From: Alphaproteobacteria bacterium
GTDB taxonomy: Bacteria > Pseudomonadota > Alphaproteobacteria > Rs-D84
Direction of reading: 5' to 3'
Length of the DNA stretch: 54,975 nucleotides
NCBI GenBank assembly: GCA_033345155.1
Contig: JAWPOG010000023.1
Coordinates: 1-54,975 of the forward strand
Within the stretch, counting starts at the first letter, position 1; each line of letters opens with the position of its first letter. The notes under the pieces were generated by a model. The model worked only from the letters and a program-made list of their open reading frames with translations. It ran no database searches and was not told where the DNA came from. Below are positions 40,063 to 49,336 of this stretch, in pieces. A program made the position numbers and the translations under genes.

Positions 40063-42134
40063 AGGTAAGAAGAAGTAAATTTTTTCTGATTGCTAAAATC
40101 CTGGGGTTGTTTGTCCTGGGGTTGATTGTTGCGATTTTTGTGACACTTAGTCATATTAATTTGGAATCGTTGCGTGGGAATTTGTTGACTATTTTGCAGG
40201 ACGCAACAGGGATGCCGGTCGAAATCGATGGGGCTGTGTCGTGGAAGTTTTCTTTGCGTCCGCGGGTTGAATTGAATAAGGTGCGTGTTGCAAATGAAAG
40301 TTGGGCGACAAGTAAGTATGCGTTCAGCGCAGATAAAATAGATGTGCGACTTAATTTAATTTCGTTGTTTCAGGACAAGCCTACGATTCAAAATGTAAGG
40401 GTTTATGACGCAGAAGTTAATATAGAAAAAAATGTCGCAGGACAATATTCAATTCGGTCGTTGCCACAGAAACAAGAAGCAGAAAAAGACGGTTTGACAA
40501 GTGGACCAGAAAAATATCCGTTCAAAGATTTTGGAATGGGTGGGGTCGAGGTCAGAAATCTGAAAGTAAATATATTGGGTGAAAAATATTCTTTGGCGGG
40601 GTTTCATGTGCGACTGATGGAACCAGAAGATGGATTGGAATATTCGGGCTGGATTAAGGCGGATAAAAATGTTTTGCCTTTTATTATAAAGTTTAGTGAA
40701 TATAATCCAGATCGCAGGGTTTATCCTGTTCAGATTGCTTTGTCCACAGGCGGTGATGCGTTGATTGCAAATGTTGCACTGGAAGGTACAAGCAGGGCGC
40801 CAATTGACTTTATTGTCAAGGGGGAAATCCCTTATCCCGAGAGAATGGGGGAATTGTTAGGTTTGAATTTGGATGGTGTGCCAGCGGTTAGGTTGAATGT
40901 GGCTGGTGGATTCGACAGAGAAAAAGTGACATTACGGAAATCTTTGATTGGAATAGATGGGGTGGATTTTACAATTTCTGGGGATTGGGATTGGTCTGAT
41001 GGGACAGGACAGGGGATTAACGCAAGTCTTTATTCACCCGGTGTTGATTTGATGCATTTGTTTCCTGATTGGTATTTCGGAAGTGAAAAGAATCCGAATC
41101 GAAAATTAAATGTGTTCAAGGATATTCCTTTGTTCGGGGAAATGTTTGTGGGGCGGAATTTGAATCTGCAGGTCAGATTGGGAAAGTTGGTTTTGTATCG
41201 TGATTTGGAATTGCAAAATCTTGATGTGCGATTGGATTTGCGGGACAATCGTGCCAGACTGGATGGCAATTTGGATGTGGCACAAGGGAATGTGAATGTT
41301 GGAATTGATGCGAAGTTAGAAGAAGATGGGCATATATGGTTGCAGGCGGCTTCAATCGGGAAAAATGTAACCGTCGGTGATATTTTAAGAAGGGTTCATA
41401 ATACGGAATTTTTATCGGATTTGCCGATGGACTTTGAATTTTATGTACGGGCAAATGGTAAAAACCTGGCCCAGGTTATGAAGACTTTGACGGGGCCTGT
41501 GCGGATTTATTCTGTGGCGCCGGGGTATGCACATTCTGCGCTGGTTTCGTATATATATGGGGCCGATTTTTTAACTTCATTGCGGCATAGTGTTCAAGAT
41601 TTGTTCAATTCCGAGAAAAAATATAATCAGATTGAGGTTTCTTGTGTGGCGGTGAATGCTGTGCTGCGTAATGGACTGATTGAAACGCAAAATGGTGTAG
41701 CGGTCGAGACGAATACAATCAATATGAATTTGGCGGGAACCTTAGATTTGGGTAATGAAGAAATGAAGTTGTCATTGACAACTGTACCTGTTCGTGGTTT
41801 AAAATTGTCGCTGACGGGCAATGTGGTTAATTCGATTGAATTGACAGGCAGTTTGGCAGAGCCAAGTGCGCGTATAAGTGGGGCGGCAGTTGCTGGCAAG
41901 GTTGCGTCTGCAACGGGCTTGGGGATGTTGTTGGCACCGTTTACGGGCGGAATTGGTTTGGTCGCTGGGGCGGGAATTGGATTGGTGGCTGGAGACTTGT
42001 TAGAAAACTGGTTGGCGGACGGCAATCCATGTGAGACGGCTATGGAACGAGGTGCTCCATTATATCGGGATGATCCTGAATGGCTAAAGGCGCCATTGGC
42101 AGGGTTGATAGATTCGGTTTTGAAAACAAATTAA
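40059..42134 (+). CDS. AsmA-family envelope protein
   Basis: N-terminal TM, TG..V.IDG..W....P AsmA start, long beta-rich body, L.G.L..P C-terminal region. Confidence 0.8.
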   Translation: MKVRRSKFFLIAKILGLFVLGLIVAIFVTLSHINLESLRGNLLTILQDATGMPVEIDGAVSWKFSLRPRVELNKVRVANESWATSKYAFSADKIDVRLNLISLFQDKPTIQNVRVYDAEVNIEKNVAGQYSIRSLPQKQEAEKDGLTSGPEKYPFKDFGMGGVEVRNLKVNILGEKYSLAGFHVRLMEPEDGLEYSGWIKADKNVLPFIIKFSEYNPDRRVYPVQIALSTGGDALIANVALEGTSRAPIDFIVKGEIPYPERMGELLGLNLDGVPAVRLNVAGGFDREKVTLRKSLIGIDGVDFTISGDWDWSDGTGQGINASLYSPGVDLMHLFPDWYFGSEKNPNRKLNVFKDIPLFGEMFVGRNLNLQVRLGKLVLYRDLELQNLDVRLDLRDNRARLDGNLDVAQGNVNVGIDAKLEEDGHIWLQAASIGKNVTVGDILRRVHNTEFLSDLPMDFEFYVRANGKNLAQVMKTLTGPVRIYSVAPGYAHSALVSYIYGADFLTSLRHSVQDLFNSEKKYNQIEVSCVAVNAVLRNGLIETQNGVAVETNTINMNLAGTLDLGNEEMKLSLTTVPVRGLKLSLTGNVVNSIELTGSLAEPSARISGAAVAGKVASATGLGMLLAPFTGGIGLVAGAGIGLVAGDLLENWLADGNPCETAMERGAPLYRDDPEWLKAPLAGLIDSVLKTN

Positions 42135-42156
42135 ATTTACAAGGAGTTAGCAAATT

Positions 42157-42915
42157 ATGATTAATTGGATTGGCTTGGTACAGGTAGTGATTATTGGGCT
42201 GTTGATGTATGTGTTTTATCGCAGTTTTATTCAAAATACCCAATCGGAAAAATTGGTGCATGGGCTGTTAGGATTGGCTGGGTTGTGGGTGCTTAGCTTT
42301 GTGTTGCCGTTGGTGCATTTGAATTTGTTGGCTACATTTTTGCATTATACGGCTTTGTTCTTGTCGCTTAGTTTGATTGTTGTGTTCCAGCCAGAATTGC
42401 GCAAGTTTATGGCGCTGATGGGGAATGTGCAGGGGTTGCGGCGTATGCTGAAGGTGGGGGCAGAACGCAAGCAAGATACCAAGGCTTTGGATGCTATTGT
42501 CAGTTCGGTTGAATATATGTCCAGTAAACATACCGGTGCGTTAATCGTGTTTTTAAGTGGCGTGGATGAAAGCGCAATTGATAAAAAGGGTGTGGTGATA
42601 GATGCAAAAATCAGCAGTGAATTATTATTGACTATATTCTTTAATAAAACTCCGTTGCATGATGGGGCTGTGATTATTGAAAATAATCGTATTGCGTATG
42701 CTGGGGGGATTTTACCTTTGTCACAAAATAACTTGAATTGGAAATATGGAACGCGTCATCGTGCTGCGCTGGGACTGAGTGAGGTTTCCCAGGCTGTGGT
42801 GTTGGTGGTGTCCGAAGAAAGTGGTGATATATCGATTGCGGAACGGGGCAAATTTACAAAATATGATGATGTTAAGAAATTACGTTCCAAGTTAGAAAAA
42901 GTTTTATATAAATAA
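42157..42915 (+). CDS. cdaA: Membrane-bound diadenylate cyclase CdaA/DacA
   Basis: Three N-terminal TMs, VVFQPELR, GALIV, TPLHDGAVII, GTRHRAALG, VSEESG. Confidence 0.92.
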   Translation: MINWIGLVQVVIIGLLMYVFYRSFIQNTQSEKLVHGLLGLAGLWVLSFVLPLVHLNLLATFLHYTALFLSLSLIVVFQPELRKFMALMGNVQGLRRMLKVGAERKQDTKALDAIVSSVEYMSSKHTGALIVFLSGVDESAIDKKGVVIDAKISSELLLTIFFNKTPLHDGAVIIENNRIAYAGGILPLSQNNLNWKYGTRHRAALGLSEVSQAVVLVVSEESGDISIAERGKFTKYDDVKKLRSKLEKVLYK

Positions 42916-43006
42916 AAATCCCCCCCCCCCCCCCGTTGGGGGGTGGTCAGATTGAATTTGTGTTTTTTTGTGGTATCATAGGTCAAGAAAACACAAGGGG
43001 TTGTCA

Positions 43007-43546
43007 ATGACACTAGAAAATTTAACGGCAGGTCAAATGCCACCTAAAAAAATGAATGCTATTATTGAAATTCCAGAATCTGGGCATGTAAAGTACGAAA
43101 TCGACAAAGAATCCGGTTTGTTAAAAGTGGATAGAATTTTGCATGCGCCAATGGCGTATCCTGCAAACTATGGTTATTTCCCGGGGACTTTGGGCGATGA
43201 TGGTGATCCGTTGGATTGTGTGGTGGTGTGTAATGCGCCGTTGCGACCAGGGGTGCTGATTGAGGTTCGTCCAATAGGGGCGTTGTTGATGGAAGATCAG
43301 GCCGGGGGCGATGAAAAAATTATCTGTGTGCCACGTGACAAGATTGATCCATACTATGAAAAAATAGAATTTATTGAACAGCTGCCAGAAATTTTGCGTT
43401 CTAAGATTGAATACTTTTTTCAGCATTACAAAGATTTACAACCGGGGTCTTGGTCCAAGATTTTGGGTTGGGCCGATCGTGCGACTGCGGATAAATTAAT
43501 TATGGACAGTGTTGAAAGATATTTGGGACAGAAACGCAAAGTGTAA
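43007..43546 (+). CDS. ppa: Inorganic pyrophosphatase (family I)
   Basis: KYEIDK, YPANYG, DDGDPLD, DEKII, FFQHYKDL. Confidence 0.96.
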   Translation: MTLENLTAGQMPPKKMNAIIEIPESGHVKYEIDKESGLLKVDRILHAPMAYPANYGYFPGTLGDDGDPLDCVVVCNAPLRPGVLIEVRPIGALLMEDQAGGDEKIICVPRDKIDPYYEKIEFIEQLPEILRSKIEYFFQHYKDLQPGSWSKILGWADRATADKLIMDSVERYLGQKRKV

Positions 43547-43612
43547 TAAATTCCTTGCGTTTGGGGTCGTTGGTTTTATAATAAAAAAGTTTTATTAAAA
43601 GAGGTATTGAAA

Positions 43613-44182
43613 ATGGCATCTTATATTGCAAATGATATGCGTGTAGGTTGGGTGATTTCACATAATGGAAAACGGTATTCTGTTACATCAATTACTAAGG
43701 TTAAGCCAGGCAAGGGTGGTGCGTTTGTTCAGGCCGACCTGCGTGATATTGATTCTGGGAACAAAGGTGGTGACCGTTGGCGCGCCGAAGACAAGGTTGA
43801 AAAATTGATGGTCGAAGATTTTGATTGTCAGTATTTGTATGCTGATGGGTCGGATGCGTTCTTTATGAATCTGTCAGATTATGAACAGTTTACAATGCCG
43901 GTTGAAACAATGGGTGATGCTATGAAATTCTTGGCCCCAGAGATGGTCGTCAAGGCGAACTTTGTCGAAGGGCAGCCTGTTTCTATTTCATTACCGAAAA
44001 CTGTTGTCGCAATTGTTGAAGAAACAGAACCGGCATTAAAAGGTCAGACTGTTTCTGGCAGTGGTGGCAAACCGGCAATTTTGGACAATGGTGTTCGTGT
44101 TCAGGTTCCTGTGTTTATTGAACAAGGTGAAAAAATTGTGGTAAATACGGAAACCCTGGAATATGTCGAACGGGCAAAATAA
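43613..44182 (+). CDS. efp: Elongation factor P
   Basis: VKPGKGGAF, QYLY, KPAILDNG..VQVP.FI, EYVERA. Confidence 0.96.
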   Translation: MASYIANDMRVGWVISHNGKRYSVTSITKVKPGKGGAFVQADLRDIDSGNKGGDRWRAEDKVEKLMVEDFDCQYLYADGSDAFFMNLSDYEQFTMPVETMGDAMKFLAPEMVVKANFVEGQPVSISLPKTVVAIVEETEPALKGQTVSGSGGKPAILDNGVRVQVPVFIEQGEKIVVNTETLEYVERAK

Positions 44183-44198
44183 ATTATAATAATTCATC

Positions 44199-44258
44199 TA
44201 AAACCAAATCGGGCATCTCATGTAGCGTTTGTACACTACGATGCCCGATTTGGTTTTA
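44199..44258. terminator. Long hairpin after efp
   Basis: 19-bp perfect stem TAAAACCAAATCGGGCATC/GATGCCCGATTTGGTTTTA with inner GTAG/CTAC. Confidence 0.65.
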
Positions 44259-44380
44259 TCTAAATCATTCTAATTTATTTTCGATAAAATCGGATGGCAT
44301 ATCTGTGGGTGGACAATGTTTTGTGTTTGAAATGTGGTGTTTGTTGTGATATAATCATAAAAAAGTAAAGGGGGTTTTAT

Positions 44381-44740
44381 ATGAAAAAACTGATGAAAAA
44401 ATTGAATTTTGCGATTATTGGTGTGATGGTGTCTGCGCCTGCGATGGCGGTGAGTAGTAACATTACAGATGCTGTCTGCAAATTGTCGGAACAGTTTGGA
44501 GAGATATTTAGCGTTATTCGTTTGTTGGCGTTTGTTGGTGCGGGTGTCACGATTGCTGGATGGGCATGGGGCTATATTTCTGCTGGTAAGATAGAAGTGG
44601 TAAAGGAAGTTAAAGAAAAAGGGATTGCCATGTTGATTGGTTTTATTTTGTTGTTTGGTATCGGAACATTGGTAAGTGTGTTTATGGCTATGACAGGTGA
44701 AGGTGGTTATTTCGAATGTGTTGCAAATTTCTTTGATTAA
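44381..44740 (+). CDS. TrbC/VirB2-like pilin (putative)
   Basis: Signal peptide ending AMA, two hydrophobic helices with a short charged loop, 119 aa, own promoter, SD and terminator. Confidence 0.6.
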   Translation: MKKLMKKLNFAIIGVMVSAPAMAVSSNITDAVCKLSEQFGEIFSVIRLLAFVGAGVTIAGWAWGYISAGKIEVVKEVKEKGIAMLIGFILLFGIGTLVSVFMAMTGEGGYFECVANFFD

Positions 44741-44819
44741 AAAATCCCGCGAAAGCGGGATTTTTTATGATCGCGGGGGTGCTTGGGTAAAAAACTTTAT
44801 ATGAGTAAGTTGCGGACCG

Positions 44820-44843
44820 AATTCCCCTTTGCCCGCGAAGGGG
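44820..44843. repeat. Solo copy of the CCCCTTCG..CAAAGGGG palindrome
   Basis: AATTCCCCTTTGCCCGCGAAGGGG matches reverse complement of 54689-54712. Confidence 0.8.
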
Positions 44844-44869
44844 ATTAAACCCTTGTTTTTCTAAGTTTT

Positions 44870-45817
44870 TTATCTGAGTTTTTCTTTGCTGTATTTTAAG
44901 ATGAAATCGCGTTCGGTGCGGACCAGTTTAGATTGTATCTGGGATATGGGGGTTGGGAATATGTCTTGTTCGGGGCGTATGTTGTGGTTATGTATTTCTT
45001 GAAAGCGGGCGTTGAGCAGTTCGCTATGCGCAATCTGTTCAAGTGTTGCGATGTTTTGTGTTTGTGTGTGTTTGAATTTTTCGATTGTGCGTGCCAGGGC
45101 ATTTGTTCGTGCGTCTAGTGTTGCTGCACCCAGATAGTTTGCCAATGGGTCGTTTGGTTTGATTTGGATACCGTGAATGTCTTTTAAATCGTTTGCGCCA
45201 TAATTGCAAAATAATGTACGTGTCATTGTATGATTAAATTGGCGAAAGTTGACATTGTGTCTCTTTAAGATTCCTGCGATAATTTTTTCGTAATATGTCA
45301 ATTTGTCGCGCAGATATACGCGTGCAAATTGATATGATAATTTTTTTATGTCATCAAATTTTAAGTTTGGACCTATGACTGGCGAAATAAAATAAGTGCG
45401 TGAAAATATCATCGCGGGATTGTTTCGCGACATGCACCAGCATGCATAGCGGGACAGTTGTAAATCCTTGGCGTTTTTATATGTGCTGAAATCCAATGTG
45501 TATTCGTGGCGGTATGTTGCGACATGGTCTTTATAAAATTCCAGGTCGGTGCGTGTTAATTGTGGTGTGCCACGTTGTTGTTTTGTGGTGATTGGCATAA
45601 CCAGATTTTGCCAGGTGTGTGCGTTCATGTTTGGGGCGATTGGAAAATAGGGGTCACCATACAGGTTGTGCAGGTCTGAATAATACCAGTATTCGGAATG
45701 GATTGTGGGGGTGTTGGCGTACATGTCTGGGAACAGGCTGAATTGTGTATCTTCGTCGATGCGGTGGCGTTTGGCGTTCAGGGTATCAAATATAACAGAC
45801 TTTTTTGGTAATGTCAT
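44870..45817 (-). CDS. Divergent DinD-like (DNA damage-inducible protein D) protein
   Basis: LSRYAC, F.RTYF, R..LRDKL...EK, LF, PLANYL recall DinD-family motifs; recognised by eye only. Confidence 0.55.
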   Translation of the reverse strand: MTLPKKSVIFDTLNAKRHRIDEDTQFSLFPDMYANTPTIHSEYWYYSDLHNLYGDPYFPIAPNMNAHTWQNLVMPITTKQQRGTPQLTRTDLEFYKDHVATYRHEYTLDFSTYKNAKDLQLSRYACWCMSRNNPAMIFSRTYFISPVIGPNLKFDDIKKLSYQFARVYLRDKLTYYEKIIAGILKRHNVNFRQFNHTMTRTLFCNYGANDLKDIHGIQIKPNDPLANYLGAATLDARTNALARTIEKFKHTQTQNIATLEQIAHSELLNARFQEIHNHNIRPEQDIFPTPISQIQSKLVRTERDFILKYSKEKLR

Positions 45818-45841
45818 GGTGTTGCCTTTTTTTTATGGGTG

Positions 45842-46066
45842 TTATTTTCCATCTTCGATGTTTGCCAGGGAAAACAGAACCGATGATATCAATGATTGAT
45901 AGGGGACGTGTTGTGCGTCGGCCAGTTCTTTTATCTTGTCCAAAATAGGGCGCGGAATGCGCATATTAATAACGCAGTCTGATTTGTTAAACGCCTTGTA
46001 TGCGGCGTATTCTTTTAACAGTGTTTCAATGTTCATAATGAACAGTTGTTGCATAACGTTTGGCAT
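45842..46066 (-). CDS. CopG/ribbon-helix-helix protein (antitoxin-like)
   Basis: INMRIP..ILDKIKELA....VPYQSLISSVL; AGAGGA SD before ATG 46066. Confidence 0.75.
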   Translation of the reverse strand: MPNVMQQLFIMNIETLLKEYAAYKAFNKSDCVINMRIPRPILDKIKELADAQHVPYQSLISSVLFSLANIEDGK

Positions 46067-46288
46067 GGACAATCCTCTATACAGACCGCAATACCACGGT
46101 CATTACAATGCACTATACCAATGTAAATACAATTGTCAATACAAATATATTTACAGTTGTGATTACTGCTGTGTTGCAGGCTGTGTGGGCGGTTGTAAAT
46201 CGATGCGCAAATCGCAATTAGCAAATATGGTTTGATTTTTGGCTGTTCTGTATATAAAATGGTCTGTGTATTTATAAGGAAGGGTTTT

Positions 46289-47605
46289 ATGCTTAAAAAA
46301 TTATTGTTTGTTGTGCTGGGGGTGTGTTTGTTGGTGCCAGCACATGCCGAGTTGAAGGTGGATATTGTCGCAGGGGGCGTGAATCCAATATCAATCGCAG
46401 TCCAGAAATTCGAGGTCGTGGGTGATGTGCGGTCCAAGGATGCCGCTGCGATACGGCAAGTGGTTGAATCCGATTTGAAGCGGACAGGAATGTTTCGTAT
46501 TGTAAGTCATGATGCGTTGCCTGAATATGTAAAATTGCATGAAATGCCGAACTTTAATTTGTGGGCGGCTATTAAAACGCAGGTGTTGGTTCAGGCCAGA
46601 TTAAGTGCCGAGCCCGATAACAGATATAAACTGGAATTTTTTGTTTGGGATGTTAATGGGCGGGAACAAATCGAGGCGCAATCGCTGGTGGCTTCGCGCA
46701 GGTCAGTGCGAAGATTGGCACATATCATGGCAGATGCGATTTATGAAAGGCTGACTGGGGAAATAGGGTATTTTGATACGCAGATTGTCTTTATCGCAGA
46801 AACAGGGCCAGTGCATGATCGTATAAAACGTATGGCGATTATGGACCAGGACGGTTATGGGTTGCGGTATTTGTCAGACAAGGATTCTTTTGTAATGTCG
46901 CCTCATTTTTCCCCAAATATGCAATCGATTGTGTTCTTGTCTTATTATAATGATGATCCAATGGTGTGGAGTTTGGATCTGGATACGGGCGAGCAACGCA
47001 GGTTGGGACAATTTGGTGGGATGAATTTTTCACCACGGTTTTCGCCGGATGGCACGCGGGTGGCAATTTCGCTGGTTAAAAATGGTATCACTCATATATA
47101 TGAATTTAATATCGAAACCAAAGAATTGCGTCAGTTGACATTTGGTAATTCAATTAACACCAGTCCATCTTATTCACCGGATGGTAAAAAAATGGCGTTT
47201 AATTCAGACAGGACAGGACGGCAGCAGATTCATGTGCTGGATTTAGAAACAGGGGCGGTGGAACGCATTACATATGGGGCAGGGCGGTATGCAACACCGG
47301 CTTGGTCGCCAGATGGGCAGTTCATAGCATTTACAAAAATAGCGGATGATACTTTCTATGTGGGGATTATGGATACGCGTGGAAAAAATGAAAAAATATT
47401 GGCGGGCGGATGGTTTATGGAGGCTCCGTCATGGGCGCCGGGGTCTCGTCGTATCGTGTACTATGAAACAGAACGGCATGTCGATGGTATTGAACGCGTC
47501 AGCCATATTCGCAGTGTAGATATCACAGGGCAGAATCTGTATGATATCGAATTGCCAGATGGGGTTAATGGGCTTGAACCGACTTGGTCGCCAAGATTGC
47601 CGTAA
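46289..47605 (+). CDS. tolB: Tol-Pal beta-propeller protein TolB
   Basis: Signal peptide, AHIMADAIYERLTGEIGYFDTQI, IMDQDG, repeated P.FSPDG, C-terminal PTWSP. Confidence 0.95.
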   Translation: MLKKLLFVVLGVCLLVPAHAELKVDIVAGGVNPISIAVQKFEVVGDVRSKDAAAIRQVVESDLKRTGMFRIVSHDALPEYVKLHEMPNFNLWAAIKTQVLVQARLSAEPDNRYKLEFFVWDVNGREQIEAQSLVASRRSVRRLAHIMADAIYERLTGEIGYFDTQIVFIAETGPVHDRIKRMAIMDQDGYGLRYLSDKDSFVMSPHFSPNMQSIVFLSYYNDDPMVWSLDLDTGEQRRLGQFGGMNFSPRFSPDGTRVAISLVKNGITHIYEFNIETKELRQLTFGNSINTSPSYSPDGKKMAFNSDRTGRQQIHVLDLETGAVERITYGAGRYATPAWSPDGQFIAFTKIADDTFYVGIMDTRGKNEKILAGGWFMEAPSWAPGSRRIVYYETERHVDGIERVSHIRSVDITGQNLYDIELPDGVNGLEPTWSPRLP

Positions 47606-47653
47606 ATAAAATCCCGCTTGGCGGGGTTTTGTTTATAATGGGATGGGGTTAGT

Positions 47654-48064
47654 ATGAGAAAATTGACTTTGTTGTGTTGTGTGTTGTTATGGGGTGTGTC
47701 TGCATATGCGGTGCCTGCGGTTGTGGATTATGTTCTGGATGGCGATACATTTGCCGCAGGTGTAAAAATTGATGACGATATTACAATTACTGTGCGTGTG
47801 CGTTTGATTAATGTAGATACTCCGGAAATGAATGGTATGTGCGAATCGGAAATTGATAAGGCGCATGCCGCCAAAGAATTTGTTTCTGAATTACTGCCCG
47901 TTGGTACGGTTGTTGATTTACAAAATATAAAAGACGATAAATATCTGGGGCGGATTGATGCAAATGTGTTTCTGTCAGATGGACGTGATGTTGGCGATGT
48001 GCTGATAAAAGAAAAACTGGCGCGGCCATACAATGGTGGTAAGCGTCAGTCTTGGTGTAAATAA
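47654..48064 (+). CDS. Secreted thermonuclease (SNase-like)
   Basis: Signal peptide, VLDGDT, VRLINVDTPE, DKYLGR, LARPY.G. Confidence 0.88.
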   Translation: MRKLTLLCCVLLWGVSAYAVPAVVDYVLDGDTFAAGVKIDDDITITVRVRLINVDTPEMNGMCESEIDKAHAAKEFVSELLPVGTVVDLQNIKDDKYLGRIDANVFLSDGRDVGDVLIKEKLARPYNGGKRQSWCK

Positions 48065-48088
48065 AAATCCCCGTTTGGGGATTTTTAT

Positions 48089-48796
48089 TTATGCGCTGTG
48101 GCGGTTGATGGCGTCCGATATTTCGTCCAGGGATGCCTTGCTGGGTAATACTGGTTCGAATGTAACGGTTGCCGTTCCCGGGGTAATGCGACCACGTTTT
48201 GGCCAATATAAGCCTGCGTCAGTGCCAACAGGTAAAATCGGTAATTTCAAGTGACGTGCCAGGAATAATAAACCGCCCTTTAGTGGTATTTTATGGCCAG
48301 GTTTGGCACGGGTGCCTTCGGGGAATATCACCAAAATGCGGCCATTCAAGATTTCTTTTTCAACCCGAGCAGATAGTTTCGATAAATTTGTGCGGCCGGC
48401 GGTACGGTTTACCCCAATCATACCCATGCGCCAAAATGCCCAGCCATAGATTGGTATCCATAGTAATTCGCGCTTCATAATGAAAAATGTGTTGCGTACA
48501 ACCTTGGATATAACGGCGATTTCTAAAATAGACATGTGTTTGGCCGCAATTATAACCTTGCCGTCCAGGCGGTGATTTTCGTTGGGCATCATTGGGATGC
48601 CGTTTTCTTCGGTTTGTGGGTATATGACACGATATTTTATACCACCAAAAATGCGCGCAACAGTCAGTACGCCATATGCACAATGGAATACCAGCCAGCC
48701 ACACAATTTTTTATTAATTAATCCCAATAATAATATGGGCGACCATAAAATGAAATGTGTTGCAAGTGCGATTTTGAATATAATTGTTCTGAACAT
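48089..48796 (-). CDS. plsC: 1-acyl-sn-glycerol-3-phosphate acyltransferase
   Basis: KHMS..E, KRELLWIP, IFPEGTR, PILPV. Confidence 0.88.
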   Translation of the reverse strand: MFRTIIFKIALATHFILWSPILLLGLINKKLCGWLVFHCAYGVLTVARIFGGIKYRVIYPQTEENGIPMMPNENHRLDGKVIIAAKHMSILEIAVISKVVRNTFFIMKRELLWIPIYGWAFWRMGMIGVNRTAGRTNLSKLSARVEKEILNGRILVIFPEGTRAKPGHKIPLKGGLLFLARHLKLPILPVGTDAGLYWPKRGRITPGTATVTFEPVLPSKASLDEISDAINRHSA

Positions 48797-48817
48797 TGTG
48801 GCCCGTTCCTTTGATTT

Positions 48818-49330
48818 TTAGCTTTCTTTGATTCCGAACATAGTTGCGATGTATTTTATATATTCTGTGGTCCATCTTTCAAGTCTTTTTGCAGCAGGCA
48901 TCCCCGCCAGTGTCGCGGGACAGGCTATAACCTGAACCATGGGCAGTTCGTTTTTGATTAAATATGTAGCGCGATTGATGTGGTCTTCGGTTGTGATGAT
49001 GACGATGCGTTTCAGGCCACGCATTGTTGCGATGTTGCGAATGGCCAGTGCGTTTTGATATGTGGATTTTGATGTCGTTTCAATAATAGCAGGACGTGCT
49101 GTGTTAAGTTGTCCCTTGGCGCCGGCCCCAATAATGTACAGGTCAGCGGTGGGAAATTCCTGCATCTTGCGCAGGGCGAATGGGATTCTGCGTTCGTCCC
49201 CGGTCAAGACGAATATGCTGTCGTTTGGTTGTATTTCACCGCATTGAATTGGTGCAATTGACTTGAAAATCACGCCCCCTAAGATGAAACAAGCGAATAT
49301 CACAAAAGATGGTGTCAGTAATTTGCGCAT
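48818..49330 (-). CDS. YdcF/DUF218 family protein
   Basis: VLTG..RI, STYQNA, IITT..H..RA, EYIKY; between ftsX and plsC. Confidence 0.85.
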   Translation of the reverse strand: MRKLLTPSFVIFACFILGGVIFKSIAPIQCGEIQPNDSIFVLTGDERRIPFALRKMQEFPTADLYIIGAGAKGQLNTARPAIIETTSKSTYQNALAIRNIATMRGLKRIVIITTEDHINRATYLIKNELPMVQVIACPATLAGMPAAKRLERWTTEYIKYIATMFGIKES

Positions 49331-49336
49331 TTTATC

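Noticed and set aside
47654-48064. Thermonuclease as part of a defence system
   Set aside because: Stand-alone secreted SNase-like gene with no partner genes; a common arrangement
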